From Marsupella aquatica (Eukaryota > Plantae > Marchantiophyta): 64,000 nt of DNA. This document shows, piece after piece, positions 1 to 13,400 of the stretch. Made by a program: the position numbers and the translations under genes. Position 1 is the first letter of the stretch. Each line of letters opens with the position of its first letter. The stretch is from positions 6,252,036 to 6,316,035 of the forward strand of contig OZ316895.1 in assembly GCA_973895155.1 (NCBI GenBank), in the 5' to 3' direction. The notes beneath the pieces are model-generated. The model saw only the letters and a list, made by a program, of their open reading frames with translations. It did no database searches and was not told the origin of the DNA.

Positions 1-2638
1 GGATCATCATGTTCCAGGAGTAAGGACCTGTGGCCGATTTATCCCCACGCTTCCAAGAGTAGTTCGAGGGGACCCCACCCAGCAGAGTAGCCCCGAGTCT
101 CCCTCACCAGAGGTTGCTCCCCCGAGCTTTGACGGCATAAAGCAGACGGCACAAGACTTTCAGGAGCAACTCAGGGAGGAAGAGAGGGCAGCCCTGGCTA
201 GGGAGAAAGATTTACCAGGAGGAGATTGGCCGGAGGACATCAGGCGGCTTGCCGAAAAAAGAAGCAACCCTCTTGCCACCGTAGAAGAAATCCGCAAGGC
301 GGCTTGGGAACAGAGGCCGAGGTGGTTGTTGCCGATGACTTCTACTTACTCCACCTATGCTAAGAATAGAGCCATGGAGTATGGGGAGATGTATGGGGAC
401 CTGGCACTCAACATCTTTGGGGAGGAGTTGGAGCAGGGACCTTTCTTCCAGAGGGAGAGGTTGGAGAAGCACCGATTAGAAGAAGCGGTGGCTTTGGAGA
501 GAAGCAAGAAGGACGAGGTCATCCGACGGCTTAGGGAGAAGGAAGCCGAGGTGGAAGTCCTGCAGGCGGCCAAGAAAGCCCAAGATGAGCTGCGGATTAA
601 GTGGCATGAGCTAAACATCATGTAGGGGCAGTTGGATACCGCTCAGTCTGACAATCAGATTACAAAGATAAACTGACTCGGACCCAAGGAGAGTTGGCCG
701 GCGCAGTCAAGGAAAGAGAGAAATGGAAGCGGGAGCTAAGGGACGCAGAGGAGGCCCACTTAACCGCCAACAACCGGGCCATGGCGGAGACTCAGAGAAG
801 GGAGAGGGCGTTGAAAGGAGAGCTCGAAGATATCCACGGAGCCCTTGAGCAGAAGGAAGCAGAGTTAGGAAATCATATCAAGGGATTATTGCACTGCAGC
901 AGGAGCTTGCGTCCCTGACGACCAGCTTCAAGGCCGACCTGCGTGAAAAGGACGACCAGCTCGACCAGACTTATGCCAAGATGAATAAGATGGAGTCTGT
1001 GGTCGTAGCAGAGCTCGACAACGAGCTAAGAGCAACCCAGGAGGAGAGGGCTACCTTAAAGAAAGAATTGGAGGAAGCCAAAAAGGAGTTGGAGGAGGCG
1101 TGCAAGGACCTGGACGAGACCCAGGACGAGTTGGAGGAAATCACGAGGAAGATGGAGAATCTACAGCGGCGGGCCGACACCCAAACGGAGCGGCTGAAGA
1201 AACAAGCCGCAGTATTTAAATGCTTGGCTTCATCAGGTCCAACTCCAATTGGGGCAACCCAGTTACTAGGGGTAGTATTGGCCGAAGGACAAGCCGAGAC
1301 ACTCACCCCGGTGCCGGAGGTAAGTGGCAAGGGGAAGGAACCGGCTATCAAAATAGGGAAGAAGAAGAAGCGGAAACCTTCTAGGTCTGGGAGTTATACG
1401 GCTTCTCAAGCCGTTGTGACCGAGAAGATAAACCCGGCACCAACCTCCGGCATCGGCACGGCGGTGGATCCACCAGTCCTAGGAAGTGGGGATGGCAAGG
1501 CCGAGGCCGGGACAACCAGTAATGAAGCCGAGGTACCAGATCCTCCACTAGAACATGTCGGGGAGGCCGTGGCCGATGCTGAGGCCGAAGCCGAGGGTGG
1601 ACCCAGTCAGGCCGATGAAGAGTTGACTCGGTCCAGGGCAGGTAATCTGTCAGAGGACGGACCAACGACAGTGGTTGCGGAGGAAGCGTTGGGGGCGTCC
1701 ATTGAGGACCAGCCACCAGGGTCGTGACGGTGTAAGGGAGCCGTCCCTTTTAGGGAGGGCGGACGTGGAGGTAGGAGGCGTGAGTGGGCAAGGCGGGCGC
1801 TGATCTCCAAGTTTAGACTAAGGATCAGGACCAGGAGATGGCCTGACACTTAGATTAGTGGGATTGCGGATCCACGAGTGAGGGCGACACTTGTGCTCCT
1901 GCCTCGCTGTACATAGGTAGATTACAGTTAGGTAGATTACAGTAAGTAGATTAGGCTTACGCTGCAAGGAATCAGGCGGATCCACAACCAAGATAAGTAC
2001 CTGGGCTGCGGGGAGTTCAGGGCCTCTTCTTTAGCAAGTTTTTAGTTGCACCAGCAGGGCTGGGATCAAGTAGTAAGAGAAGCTTTCGGTTAGTTATACA
2101 GTGACCCTTGTGTATATTCATGTTTCCTCATGCCTAAGAACTGAATAGAGTTGGCCTCACGGCTTAGTTCATAGAGCTTGTGTATGAGATGTACTGTTTG
2201 TATGGCAAGTGCATGGTATAACTCAGTCAGAAGGAGTCATTTTGTTATTTGTGTGTCGCATTAACTTGTGTGAAGAGTGCCCACATCAATGAAGGGAAGT
2301 AGCAAGGGAGTGAGAGATGGATGTGTCGAGCTGAGAGAGGTCTTAGCGGCTTAACCAAGCCAATTGGGGATCATTCCGGCGGCGGAATCCAAACATACCT
2401 AATGGAAGACCAGGAGAGGAATACAAGGGAGGGCCTAGAATAGGCCGGCTAAGTATCTCATGACCCGATGAAGGATCTGTCCAGTATATGTGTGTAAAAT
2501 GTTAATAGTAGTAGTAGAGGAGATTAGTAGCGTCCCATGTCGCTAAGCTGCGGAAACGGCCTTATCGAGGACGAAACCTGTGGGAATCGGCTTGTGCGGG
2601 GGGTTTCTTGGGTTTGGGGTGCCATGGGACGCACCACA
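1..2638. mobile_element. Terminal part of an LTR-type element inserted into the RNase H region of Copia-1; other end outside the window
   Basis: Copia homology (STTGFV*TLGGG) stops abruptly at ~2640. The adjacent unrelated sequence ends in ...GGGACGCACCACA (CA terminus at 2638). Inner LTR boundary not resolved. Confidence 0.5.
2..1727 (+). pseudogene. Degenerate long coiled-coil (E/K/R-rich) ORF with acidic low-complexity tail, probably an accessory ORF of an LTR retrotransposon
   Basis: Frame of ORF 326..625 is open from position 2. Heptad-rich pieces 326..625, 694..918 and 981..1727 are colinear but broken by stops and frameshifts. No catalytic motif recognised. Confidence 0.5.
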
Positions 2639-2639
2639 A

Positions 2640-5600
2640 TCCTCCTCCAAGAGTCTATACAAACCCAGTTGTAGACCTCCTTGTATCCAGACAGCCTCCA
2701 TAGTCAGAATCTACATAGCCAACTAACATGCTATTTGATCTATTATCAAATAGTAGTCGGACATAGTCCTGTGTTCCCTTCAGATACCTGAGAATCCACT
2801 TCACAGCTTCCCAATGTACCTTCCTTGGATTTGACATGAATCTGCTAACCTTGCCCATCGCTAGTAAGGGCTAAGTCAGGCCTAGTACAAGTCATCAAAT
2901 ACATTAGATTGATTACTGCCTTCTCATAAGGAATCTTAGCCATCAGACCTTTCTCCACAGCATCCGTAGGAGAGAAAGCCGATGATAACTTGAAATGTGA
3001 AAGCTAAAGGAATACTCACTGGCTTACAATTCTCCATGCATGTTGAATCGTGCAAGTACTTTCCTCGCATACTGGCCTTGACTCAAGCACAACTGTCCAG
3101 TCTCAAAGTTCCTGAAAATCTCCATACCTAAGATCCTCTTGGCCTTACCAAGATCCTTCATCCTGAATTCAGCACTCAATTTTGCCTTGAGACTGTCAAC
3201 CTCAGATTGATCTTTAGCCACAATCAGCATGGCATCCACATAGATCACCAGAATGATGAAACCAAATACATAATTCTTGACTGATTTTGTATACACACAA
3301 AGATCATACACCATCCTTGTAAAACCTTGAGCAAGCATGAAATCATCAAACTGCTTGTTCCACTGTCTGGGAGACTACTTCAATCCATACAAGGACTTGA
3401 GCAATCTGCAAACTAAGTTCTCTTGGCCCTTCTTCATAAAGCCTAGTGGTTGTCTCGTGAAGATCATATCTTCTAAGTTGCCATAGAGAAAAGCAGTAAC
3501 AACATCCATCTGATCCATCACCAGACCAAAAAACACAACAAGTTGACACAAGATCCGAATTGTGGAATACTTAGCCACCGATGAAAAGACCTCATTGTAG
3601 TCCACTCCTTTCTTCTGAGTGAACCCCTTGGCAACAAGCCTTGCCTTGTAGATCTTTTCTCCACCCTCTGAAGGACTGTTCTTCAACTTGTAAATCCACT
3701 TGCTGACCTCTTGGAAGCTCCACCAGCTCCCATGTCTTGTTGTCACTCAAAGATTGCAACTCCCTCTACATTGTTGCATTCCACTCATGCTTCTACTGTG
3801 AAGCACAAACCTCACTGTATGAAGAAGGCTCTCCTTCTTCCAAGATCAAAGCCATGTCATCATCATCAGGTGCAATGTCAATATCATCTAGCTTAGATAA
3901 GTCTGCCCATTGACCATACCTGGTAGGAGCTCTAGTAGAACAACTAGAAGTTCTTCTAGTAGATGACTCAGGCTGATCTGCTGCTGCTGGTTGAGTTTGA
4001 GGTACCCTAGCAACAATCTGCTCATCTTGTTCCATCATAGGAACCAGCTCCAAGCCCGGAGCTTCTCCATCTCTCTTGTCATGAACAGCATCATGACTAA
4101 TCTCCCCCTCAACCCGGTCCGGGATGGGAGATTTCCCCTTGTCAGCATGGGAGTCCTGAGAACTCTTCCCCTCCTTTGATGATCTGGATTCATTAAAGGA
4201 CAATCTCTACTGACAATTAGCTTACAGGTTAATGGATCCCATAACCTATAGCCCTTCACACCTTTATGATAGCCAAGGAAAATGCACTTCTTCGACTTGG
4301 ACTCCAGCTTGGATCGAAGCTGGGAAGGTGTAAGCACATAAGCATCACATCCAAAAATCCTTAGATGTGAGTAATCTGCTAGACGCCCGTACCTCATTTC
4401 AAATGGCGTCTTGAATCCAATAGAACTGGATGGAGAAAAAATTTACCAAATAAGCTGCAGTGTTGACAGCTTCAGCCCAAAACTCATGTGGTAAGCATGA
4501 TTGACTCAACATATCCTTGAGCGGTCCAATAGTGTTTGGTTGAGTCTTTCAGAAATACCATTCTGCTGAGGAGTATAACTTGTTGTGAGATGACGGGTAA
4601 TCCCCTACTCCTTACAATACATTCCAAATTCACCAGAACTGTATTCACCGCCATTATCCGATCGTAGATATCTCACCTTATTACCAGTCTAATTCTCAAC
4701 TTGGGCTTTCCACTCCTTAAAAGTGGCAAAAACATCAGACTTACTCTATAGAAAGTATATCCACACATACCATGAGTAATCGTCAATGAACGTGACATAG
4801 TATAACCGTCCAAAATGTGAGGGAGTAGGGGCTGGACCCCACACATCACTATGTACATACTCAAGTACCTCCTTGATAGTATGAGTTCCAACTCCAAAGG
4901 GTTTCCTGTGCTGCTTCCCAAGCACACAATACTCACAAAATTCCAACTTACAAGATTGCAAATTAGAAAGTAATCCTTTCTTCTGAAGAATAATCAAACC
5001 TTTTTCACTCATGTGGCCCAAGCGGAAGTGCCACAGCCGGGCCGTCTCCTCATGAGATAAGGTTACATTGGCTTCATCACAGACTACACTGCCCTCTGAA
5101 ACGTATAGATTGCTATGTCTCTTTCCCTTCAATACAACTTTAGTACCAGTTGAAACCTGAAGGACACCATTAGCATAACTCCACTGATGGCCATTTGCCT
5201 CTAAAACTCCAAGTGAAATGAGATTTTTCATCATACTGGGAATATGTCTCACATTCCTCACGTTCTCACAGCACCATCAAACATCTGAAATCTTACAGAT
5301 CCAAGTCCAACAACTTGACATGGGATTCCATTTCCCATCAACATTGACGCATTGGAAACCGTATAAGAACTGAAAAATCTCTCCTAGAGCAAATGTGAAA
5401 AGTACATACACTATCTAGAATCCAATCATCACTACCTGGATTTGACACTACGTTGAGAGCATAACCTTGACATCACAATATGTCATCATCATCGAGTAAA
5501 TCTACCTCATGCGAGCTCGATGTCACGTTAGCAGATGCAATAGGGACCTTTACTCGACAATCCCTTTTCATGTGGCCAGGCTTGCCACAATTCCAACATG

Positions 5601-6333
5601 CGAGAGGCTTCCTCTCTTACAATTTCCCTCTGGATTTAGATCTCCCCCGTGATGTAGATCTAAACCTATTCTGTCCATTCATGCGCTGCGTTGGTCTTCC
5701 CCGGTTCACATTCAGCGTAGTGCCAGAAGAAGATGTTGTCTATGATTGACCTAACTTCTTCTGAGCATCATCAGACAGTAAAGAGCTCACCACCTCATTA
5801 TACGAAATGGACTTAAGATCTCTATACAAGAGCACCTATTTCAAGCCCTGATATGACGGCGGTAAGGAGCTTAGCAGAAGCAAGGCCTTATCCTCATCTT
5901 CAACTCCTTTTCCCAGGTTTGACAGATCTACCGCTAGACTGTCAAACTCATCCAGATGATCCTGCATCTTGCTCCCTTCCTTGAGCCTAAGACTCATCAA
6001 GAGAGATTTCTTGTACAGCCGGTCTGACGCATCTTCCCGATAGTACTTCTCTCTTAGAGCCTTGAACAGTAACGCGCAATCCGCATAATCATCCAGTTGC
6101 TTGATGATGTGCGGCTTGAGATATAACATCACTGCATTGACAACAATCACCTGTTCCTGTCTCCACTATCTCACAAAAATCTCCTCCTCTCCATCATACT
6201 GCTCTCGCGATGAAAGCAGATGAGCTAAGCCCATGGCCCGTAGAACACCCTTCACTTGCTTCTCCCATAGCAAGTAATTAGTACGACCATCGTACTTCTC
6301 CACCTCAAACTTCACTCCTCCAAATCTAGCCAT
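2640..6333 (-). pseudogene. Copia-1 gag-pol polyprotein, fragmented by stops and frameshifts
   Basis: MARFGGVKFEVEKYDG (gag), WILDS protease region ~5410, LWHFRLGHMSEKG...CEYC and VHSDVWGP (integrase), YKARLVAKGFTQ, LLKSLYGLK and IYVDAML (RT), GYVDSDYGG...RRSTTGFV (RNase H start). Confidence 0.92.
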
Positions 6334-8243
6334 CTCCCTCTTCTTCCCTACTACCGATAGCTCAGGTAGTAGTACAGCTTCCTCCACTGCACGCCGCACC
6401 GGTGATCATACCGGTGTTACAAGTTTCTCCTCAAATGGTAGCAGCTCCTCCTCAGACTCACCGTTTGACCATCGTGATCCTGAAGCTCCACCGATGCCAA
6501 TTCTTCCAGTATCCTCCGAGTCACTCATATAAAATAATCACAAAAAAACATCTTTTTTTGAAACTTCTCACAAAACTCAAAACTCACCACCACCGCGTAG
6601 CCCACAAAGCTAGGAGTCCAATACTGAAAGCCAAAATCAAAATCAAAATTCAACGGAAAAGTTATTCAAATTTTGGTCGGGGTGGGTAAAACCTTGGGAA
6701 ACTCCCTCGTTTTGACCACCTCAGAGAATAACTGAATTACCAAGTACAACCCGTCGTTGGAATCGCAATGTGATCTGTGCGCCGCGTTGCTAACTCCAGT
6801 GGCAACGTCCTTGCCAAAAAAGAACCAAAAAAGTTATCGTTCGGCGGACGGAATCTTTGTCGGACGGCCAAAAAACAGCTCTCTATTTTTTGAGAATATT
6901 CTTGCATAGTCCGACAGGTCTCACAGGGGGCCATTCCCCCTGTCAGAGCGGTTAAAACGGAGGGCGGCAGGTCCCGACACAAGGAGAACAAAGCGGGAGG
7001 AAAAAACGGCTTAAAAAAGGGTCTTAAAGGGGGTCTAAAATGCGTTTTAAAGCCAAAAACACCCCGTATGGGGTTGGGGTCCAAATCCCGTATGGAAGCA
7101 GGGGATGCAGGGGCAAGCCTAAAATACCCCGTATAGGGGCTGAAATACGTCGTGCGCCGACGGTAAAGGAGGTCGCGTAGGGGAGAAGGGCCGCGCCTGA
7201 ATGGGGGTGGCAAAGGGATCGGGCCGGGCCGAGGGCAGCCGACTGTTGTCAGCCGGGAAAAAGTCGCGGCTGCGACTCAAAAAAGGGCTGAGGAAGGGCG
7301 AACGTCCGGCCGATTAGCAAGGAGGGGGATAAAAAATCGGGCGGCTACGAATTTGCAGCCGTGTACAATGAGAGGTGACAAGGAGTCGGGGCGGCTGTTT
7401 CTGCGCCGGCTGGCGCTCCAAAAATAGCCGCGGACAAGGAGAAAACCGGGTATTGAAGGGGGATGCGGGAGGTAAGTACTGGGTATGGGCGGCCGGGGTG
7501 TGTATACACACAGAAAAAATCACACTATAGTAACCAAAAAATAAATTTGCCACTTAAGTGAGAAAATCCCGAGTTACACACCTTAATTGCTGCAGTTTTC
7601 CACAAGAAAAGTGAATGCCGCCAACGGGAAAAGTTGTCAAATTTCACCGGCACCGTCTGCAACTCCAGCACTATAAAAGCTTCCACCGCGACGCCTTCAC
7701 TCCGCGTCAAGTGCCAATCCCGGGATCAAAACAACCGCCTCGCTGCGATCAAACTGTTGAGCCGTGGCACTTCGCGTCTCTTCCACTGAGTCGGACGTCA
7801 CGAAGAGAAACCCGGTTCAGATGTGAACAAGCTCCATAGCTTGTGTAAAAACCTGAACGCCTCCGTCACTCGTCACGTCTCACTCCGTAACAACTCAGCA
7901 GCAACTCAGTTACCAAAACGACCAGCTCGCTTCAACCTTCAACTTGAGCTATAATGTGCGACCCCTCCCGCACCGCACAGCTCACACCGTTGAAAAATGT
8001 GAACTTTGGTCTCTCCCCCGAAAATACCGTCGAACACGAATAAACCCCTGAATGACGCAAACTTCAATTCCTCCGCACCACGGAAACCGATCAGCGAGTT
8101 CTAACCACCGTTAGAAAGCCCTCTCACTAACCTATCCGCTCAGCCACACACATTCAAGTTTCATGCAACGAAACTCTGAATGTACCATCGACAATGAACG
8201 CTGGAAAACCTGTCACAAAAAAACCTTGTCAACTCCCATGCAT

Positions 8244-8255
8244 GCTCTGATACCA
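8244..8255 (-). promoter_or_regulatory. Primer binding site of Copia-1 (initiator tRNA-Met)
   Basis: Minus strand TGGTATCAGAGC, 2 nt after the LTR end ...CAACA. Confidence 0.93.
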
Positions 8256-8257
8256 CT

Positions 8258-8601
8258 TGTTGAGCATAGACGACATTCGTAACGGCAAGCCCATGAACCA
8301 TCCAACGCACAATAGTTGACTCAGAGAGATACGTGGTTCACCTCCACATGAGGCTACGTCCACAGGAACACACAAGAGCTTTACTGCACTCTAGGCCGAC
8401 TGGCCATACCAAGCATCCACAGTACAAGCTCTCCCTATCTCTCAACTAGCTCCGTAATAATGAGCATAAGTTCCACTAGGGTCTGGCATCAGCCCTGGCT
8501 ATATACACAATAGCACTACCACTAACATTAGCTAAGTCCTAACCCAAGTTAGCCTACCTGTAGTTAGCTCATGAGTCACAAGACTAGAGCAATATCTAAC
8601 A
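8258..8601 (-). repeat. 5' LTR of Copia-1 (344 bp)
   Basis: TGTTG...TAACA termini next to the PBS; homologous end to end with the 342-bp LTR at 24125-24466. Confidence 0.88.
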
Positions 8602-9269
8602 GACAGCTCCTTCCTTGGGCGCGGCCCGGGTTCCTTCTCGTACCTATCCATCACCAACTGACCGCCCTGACCTTAGGACATGCTCATGGCCCAAGTAGCG
8701 TAGCTTGTCCCAAGCTTGTCCCAAGCTTATCCCAACACGCCAGGACCAGAACAGCCCCGACTCTAGCAACCACTCCCGGTTTGCCCCACTGATGGTCTAG
8801 GGGCGCACCCTTGGAACTCAGCCTCCACACCTACTTGGCTTTGCCTCCCCAACGCAAGTTCCGTTGGGAGACTGAACGTGGTTTGGCTACTGTTCGGCAG
8901 GATTTGGCAAACGGGCGAGCTAACACCCGCAAACCATGAGAACCCATGGCACCCCCAGACCCAGCTGAGCTTCTCAAGAGCTTTCCAACGCACCTAAGAA
9001 GTCCTCCAACGGACTTCTCGTTGGGAAGATATCGTCATTTCCGTTTGGCGGTTTCCCTTAGTGTCGCGACCGTTGCGGCTCACGACTTTGGCTTGCCCTT
9101 AGCCCCCAGGGAGACACCACTCCCCCCATATATGCTTCTGGCGACCTGTCACCCCCAGACCAGCTTTGGTCCCTAAACATTTGGCCCCCAACCTGGATCC
9201 TATCGCGCATAATGGGCGCGCCACCAACTGGCAACGCCCATAACTTTCTCGTTAGGCATCCGCAAGCGG

Positions 9270-10421
9270 TGTCCGGGTGACCGTGTTTTCTGGCAAGAGC
9301 ATGTTGGCTCTTTTGAAGTTAACCTTGCATGCTTATAAGTTCTACACTAAAATCAAAATGATAATTCTAGTAACAAGGGTAGTGGATATTAAGAAAGGTT
9401 CAGATGAAACTAAAATACTGTTAAACCCTATTTCACCATACTTGCGGACTAACACATCACGAAAATTAGTTTTCTTACGACATATGATCCTAATATCTCC
9501 AAGAGAAAATGTAACAGGAATATCATTCGGACTCCTATTCAGATCCATGACTTCAATAAAGGACAAAGATTATGCACTCCCACTCCTCTCGGTACGACAC
9601 CACTGGGTATATTATTGGCTCGTTAGAAACCATAACAGCAGTTGCAAACTGAGCTCCAAAATGATAGGTTAGATGTTGCCTCATAGATGGTTTGTCTAAA
9701 AGATGGACTCTAATCAAAAACGGATTACGAAGGGGAAGATCAGGGATAACTCTCTCTCCTGGATTCATGATGGCTCATCTATTCCTTTGCTATCCGGGCC
9801 AAAGGATGCCCCACCCCTATATTCCCCGCTATATTCCCAAAGAAACCTTATTCCCTAAGGTCCCATCTATAAATCTACCACTCATTCCTTTGTTATCCGG
9901 GCCAAAGGACGCCCCACTACTATGTTCAAGGCACAAAAGAGCTTCACAACCTTGAATGATAAACACTGCGGAATGAGGGGAGAGTGCCCCTCACCACTTT
10001 ATTTATAGTGCACACCAAGAGGGCATGGATCAAGCCCAAGCACTTGGATGAAGGCCAAGTGTCAAACATCTAATACCTAAGAGTGTGCTAGTACTATTCA
10101 TAGTTGGTGAAACTACTTTTAGTAGGTGGAACTACTATGCGTTGGTGGACCTACTATGCGTTGGTGGACCTATTGTGCATTGGTAGAACTACTATGCGCT
10201 GGTGGACCTACTGTGCGTTGGTAGAACCACTATGCGTTGGTGAATATTATTGTAGTTGGTGGAACTACTCACATGCATTGGTGGAACTTCTATAGTCCGT
10301 TAATATAGCTAAAGAAGTTTAATAAAGTTTAAATTTAATAATTTAACTACTAAATTACTTATATAATCTATAGCATATTAAAATAAACAATTTTTTTATA
10401 ACTTAAGAGAAAATCATGACA
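9270..10421 (-). repeat. 3' LTR of Gypsy element (1152 bp)
   Basis: Direct repeat of 16562-17720; about a dozen substitutions plus 12-bp and 19-bp indels by manual comparison. Confidence 0.95.
10102..10293. repeat. 19-bp minisatellite (consensus GTTGGTGGAACTACTATGC) in the 3' LTR
   Basis: About 10 degenerate head-to-tail copies with no unique spacers. Confidence 0.9.
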
Positions 10422-10434
10422 CATCACCCCTACC
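10422..10434 (-). promoter_or_regulatory. Putative polypurine tract of the Gypsy element
   Basis: Minus strand GGTAGGGGTGATG immediately before the TGTCAT start of the 3' LTR. Confidence 0.6.
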
Positions 10435-10474
10435 AAACCTGTGCATCCTCCGGTATGCACCACACCTAGAATCG

Positions 10475-13400
10475 CTACATGTCTTCTTCATCTAAAGCCT
10501 CATAGTCGTCGGGTTCAAACTCTTTTTCTGTCACAAATCGAGTTCGTCGTTTAAACAATTTCACTCGCTTCCCTGCATAGGGATTACGATGAATTGCTCC
10601 ATCAAGTTCTCTTACCACATATGTTGCATTAGGACGAACCTCCTCCACCACAAATGGTCCTCTCCAACGACGTGCAAACTTCTTTAGAGTAGAATGTTGC
10701 TGTTCCAACCCTCCCTCATAGATCAAGACCCAATCTCCATTTTGGATGGGAATTGGTCTCAAACGATGGGTCTTGTCAAATCGTTCCTTATTCTTCTCAC
10801 GAGCCTCCTTTAGCCTTAGTAACGCCTCCTCAATCTTCTCCTTGGTCTGGCTAAAGTGCTCAATCCTTCGCTCCAGCAACTTTTCTCGGGAGATTCTATC
10901 TTGCCATTCAATCATCCTTCAACTCTGAACATTTTCCTCAATCGACATCAAAGGCAAATGTCCATAGACTAATTCGGCAGGCGTAATTCCTGTTGTGGTA
11001 GTGCATGTCATTTGATCTGCCAAAAGAGCAAATGGTAGAAGATTGGGCCAAAGCGATGGTTTTCCTCGGCAAGATTTCACCAAGGCATTCACTATCGGTG
11101 GGTGCCCTTGCTCAATCTTTCCATTTCCTTCTGGGTTGTAGGCAGTAGTGAGTTTGAGCTTGATGTTGAACCGGTCGAAAAATTCTGCAGCCTCTTCGGA
11201 ATTCAGCTCTCCTCTATCTGCTCTCATTTGCACAAAACAACCATGACGTGCTATAACATCTTCAAGTATGAACCTGCATACTGCTTCTGTAGTGTTAGAG
11301 GTTAAAGCCCTTCCTTCAACATAAGAAGATAAATCTTCTCTTGCAAGGACAAGGTACTTTGCCCCCCTAATTCCCCGTGGCATGTGCACCACATCTACTG
11401 CCCACTGAAAATGTAAAGAAAGAGGACTAGTGGGATTAAGTCCATCTCTAAACCGAACTTTAGAGTAATACTGACAACTCTCACAAGATCCAACATAGGA
11501 TTTTACATCCACATACATGCCTGACCACCAGTACCACCTTTGAACCCGCTCATAGGTAGCTCTAACTCCTCGATGTCCTGCTTCAACAATATCATGAGAA
11601 TCCCATAAGACTCTCTTCTTCTCTTCATCTGTATCAAGAACTTTCTTCTTCTCTTCATCTTCAAAGACTTTCTCCATAAAACACCATCCTTGAGCATGAA
11701 CTTGTAAGCCTTCTTCCGTAATTGTTGAAACTTCTCTTCTATCATTTCAACAGGCCTTTGAAGAGTACTAAGGTACCTTCCAATCAAGAGCAACTCTCCA
11801 GAATAGAGCTCCTCTCGAAATGTTAAGACCTCAAACTCTCCAATCATCACTTGAACTGCCTCCACTTCATTCTGATCATAGCGGGCTCTTGAAAGCATAT
11901 CTGCTACTGGATTATCTTTTCCAGCAATGTGTCGAAGCTCGGGGTTGATCATCCTAATAAAAGCTATCCAACGTAGCATAGCAATGTCTGGAGTATCACA
12001 GTTAGCAATCATCCCTAAAAGTGGTAAACAATCAGTCTCAAGAATGACTTGTGCTCCAATCAAGTAGACTTTTTCTTGACACAAGGCTATCCTTGCTCCC
12101 CACAACTCTCGCTTGATTTGAGGGTAATGCCTTTGCCTTGCTGAAAAGATCTTAGCTCCAAACCTTGCTGCAAATCTTCTCCCCTCCTCATCATCTTGCC
12201 CTACCGCCCATCCAGCAGCATCAGGACTTGAATCTACAGTGACAATGATGGGTCTTCCATCATAGCATAAGGGACGTAAAACAAGGGGGCTAAGTAAGGC
12301 CTCCTTTAACTTTTGCATAGCCTCCTTATGTGCCTCTATCCAAACAAAGTGCACATTCTTCCTCAATAATCCGTACAAAGGATCAGCAATATGTGCAAAG
12401 TGAGGAATCCAGATCCTATAGAACAAGCAAGCGCCAAGGAACCTTCGCACCTCCGAAGTTGTCCTACAATCTTTCATCTGATTGATTGCATCTACTTTTC
12501 CTCCATTTGGCTTCCTCCCATAAACTCCACAAATTTGTCCTACAATTAGGACTTCACGAAGCCCAAATGAAGATTTCTCACCAGAAAGAGTGAGCCCAAC
12601 CTCAATCAACCTCTTCAAGATTGCTTTCACATCTTGAATGTGCTCCCATACAAATTGTCGCAAACCATCTTCACGTATAGTCTCATCTTTCTTTGTCTCC
12701 AAGCATCCCTTGATTGGCATATCATCAAGGAATGGCTGTGTCTTCTCTGGAATGAAACAGTGTAATACCTTATTCATGGCATTCTGCATGTGAGCCATCG
12801 AGTTGGTTGCCCCTTGAGGCAAGGTACACATGCAAAGTAGCCCCAAAGGTGTCCTCATAGTGGTGATATCTCTACTACTCTGAGCCAACTGAAACTGATC
12901 ATAGCCTGAATAGAGGTCACCACATGAATAGATGGCTCTACCAGCAAATTTTTTCGCAAACTCATCTACTATAGGTCCTATTCCAGTATTGCGAATAGTA
13001 ACTTTGTTAGGTGGTTGCATGTCCTGAATAAATCTAAGTTTACCATTTTTCTTACGAATGGTAAACCAACGATTAGAATAAGATGCATTTGTTCTTTCCA
13101 AAATCCTAGTGGAAAGCTTCTCCTTTAATAGATCAATAAGTTTAGGTAACAAAGCCTTGGGCACTGGAATGGGTTTCAAGTCCCAAGGAACATGCGGGAC
13201 AGTGAAAATTACCATAGGAGTAACAACACTAGGATCCACACATCCCATCTCTTCAGGACAAAAGGCAAAAGCCTTATCATGCTCACCAATCATTTGCTGA
13301 AACTCTTCTCTCTCTTCTTTTGTCAGCAACCCATCATCACCAATCCTTAGTTGATTAAGGGTCTCCTTCGTGAATTTGTGGCCAATCTTAGTCCGATCTC

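Larger units (their letters stand above)
2639..8601 (-). mobile_element. Ty1/Copia LTR retrotransposon (Copia-1, Tork/Tnt1-like), 5' LTR to start of RNase H, degenerate
   Basis: Order 5' LTR, PBS(Met), ~1.9 kb leader, gag, protease, integrase, RT, RNase H start. Integrase-before-RT order is diagnostic of Copia. Confidence 0.95.

Noticed and set aside
6402-8240. ORFs in the Copia leader regions (also 22600-24060)
   Set aside because: Frames are not conserved between the two related Copia leaders; consistent with GC-rich non-coding 5' UTR.
9277-9955. ORFs duplicated at 16548-17235
   Set aside because: Identical only because they lie in the two LTRs; no recognisable protein features.
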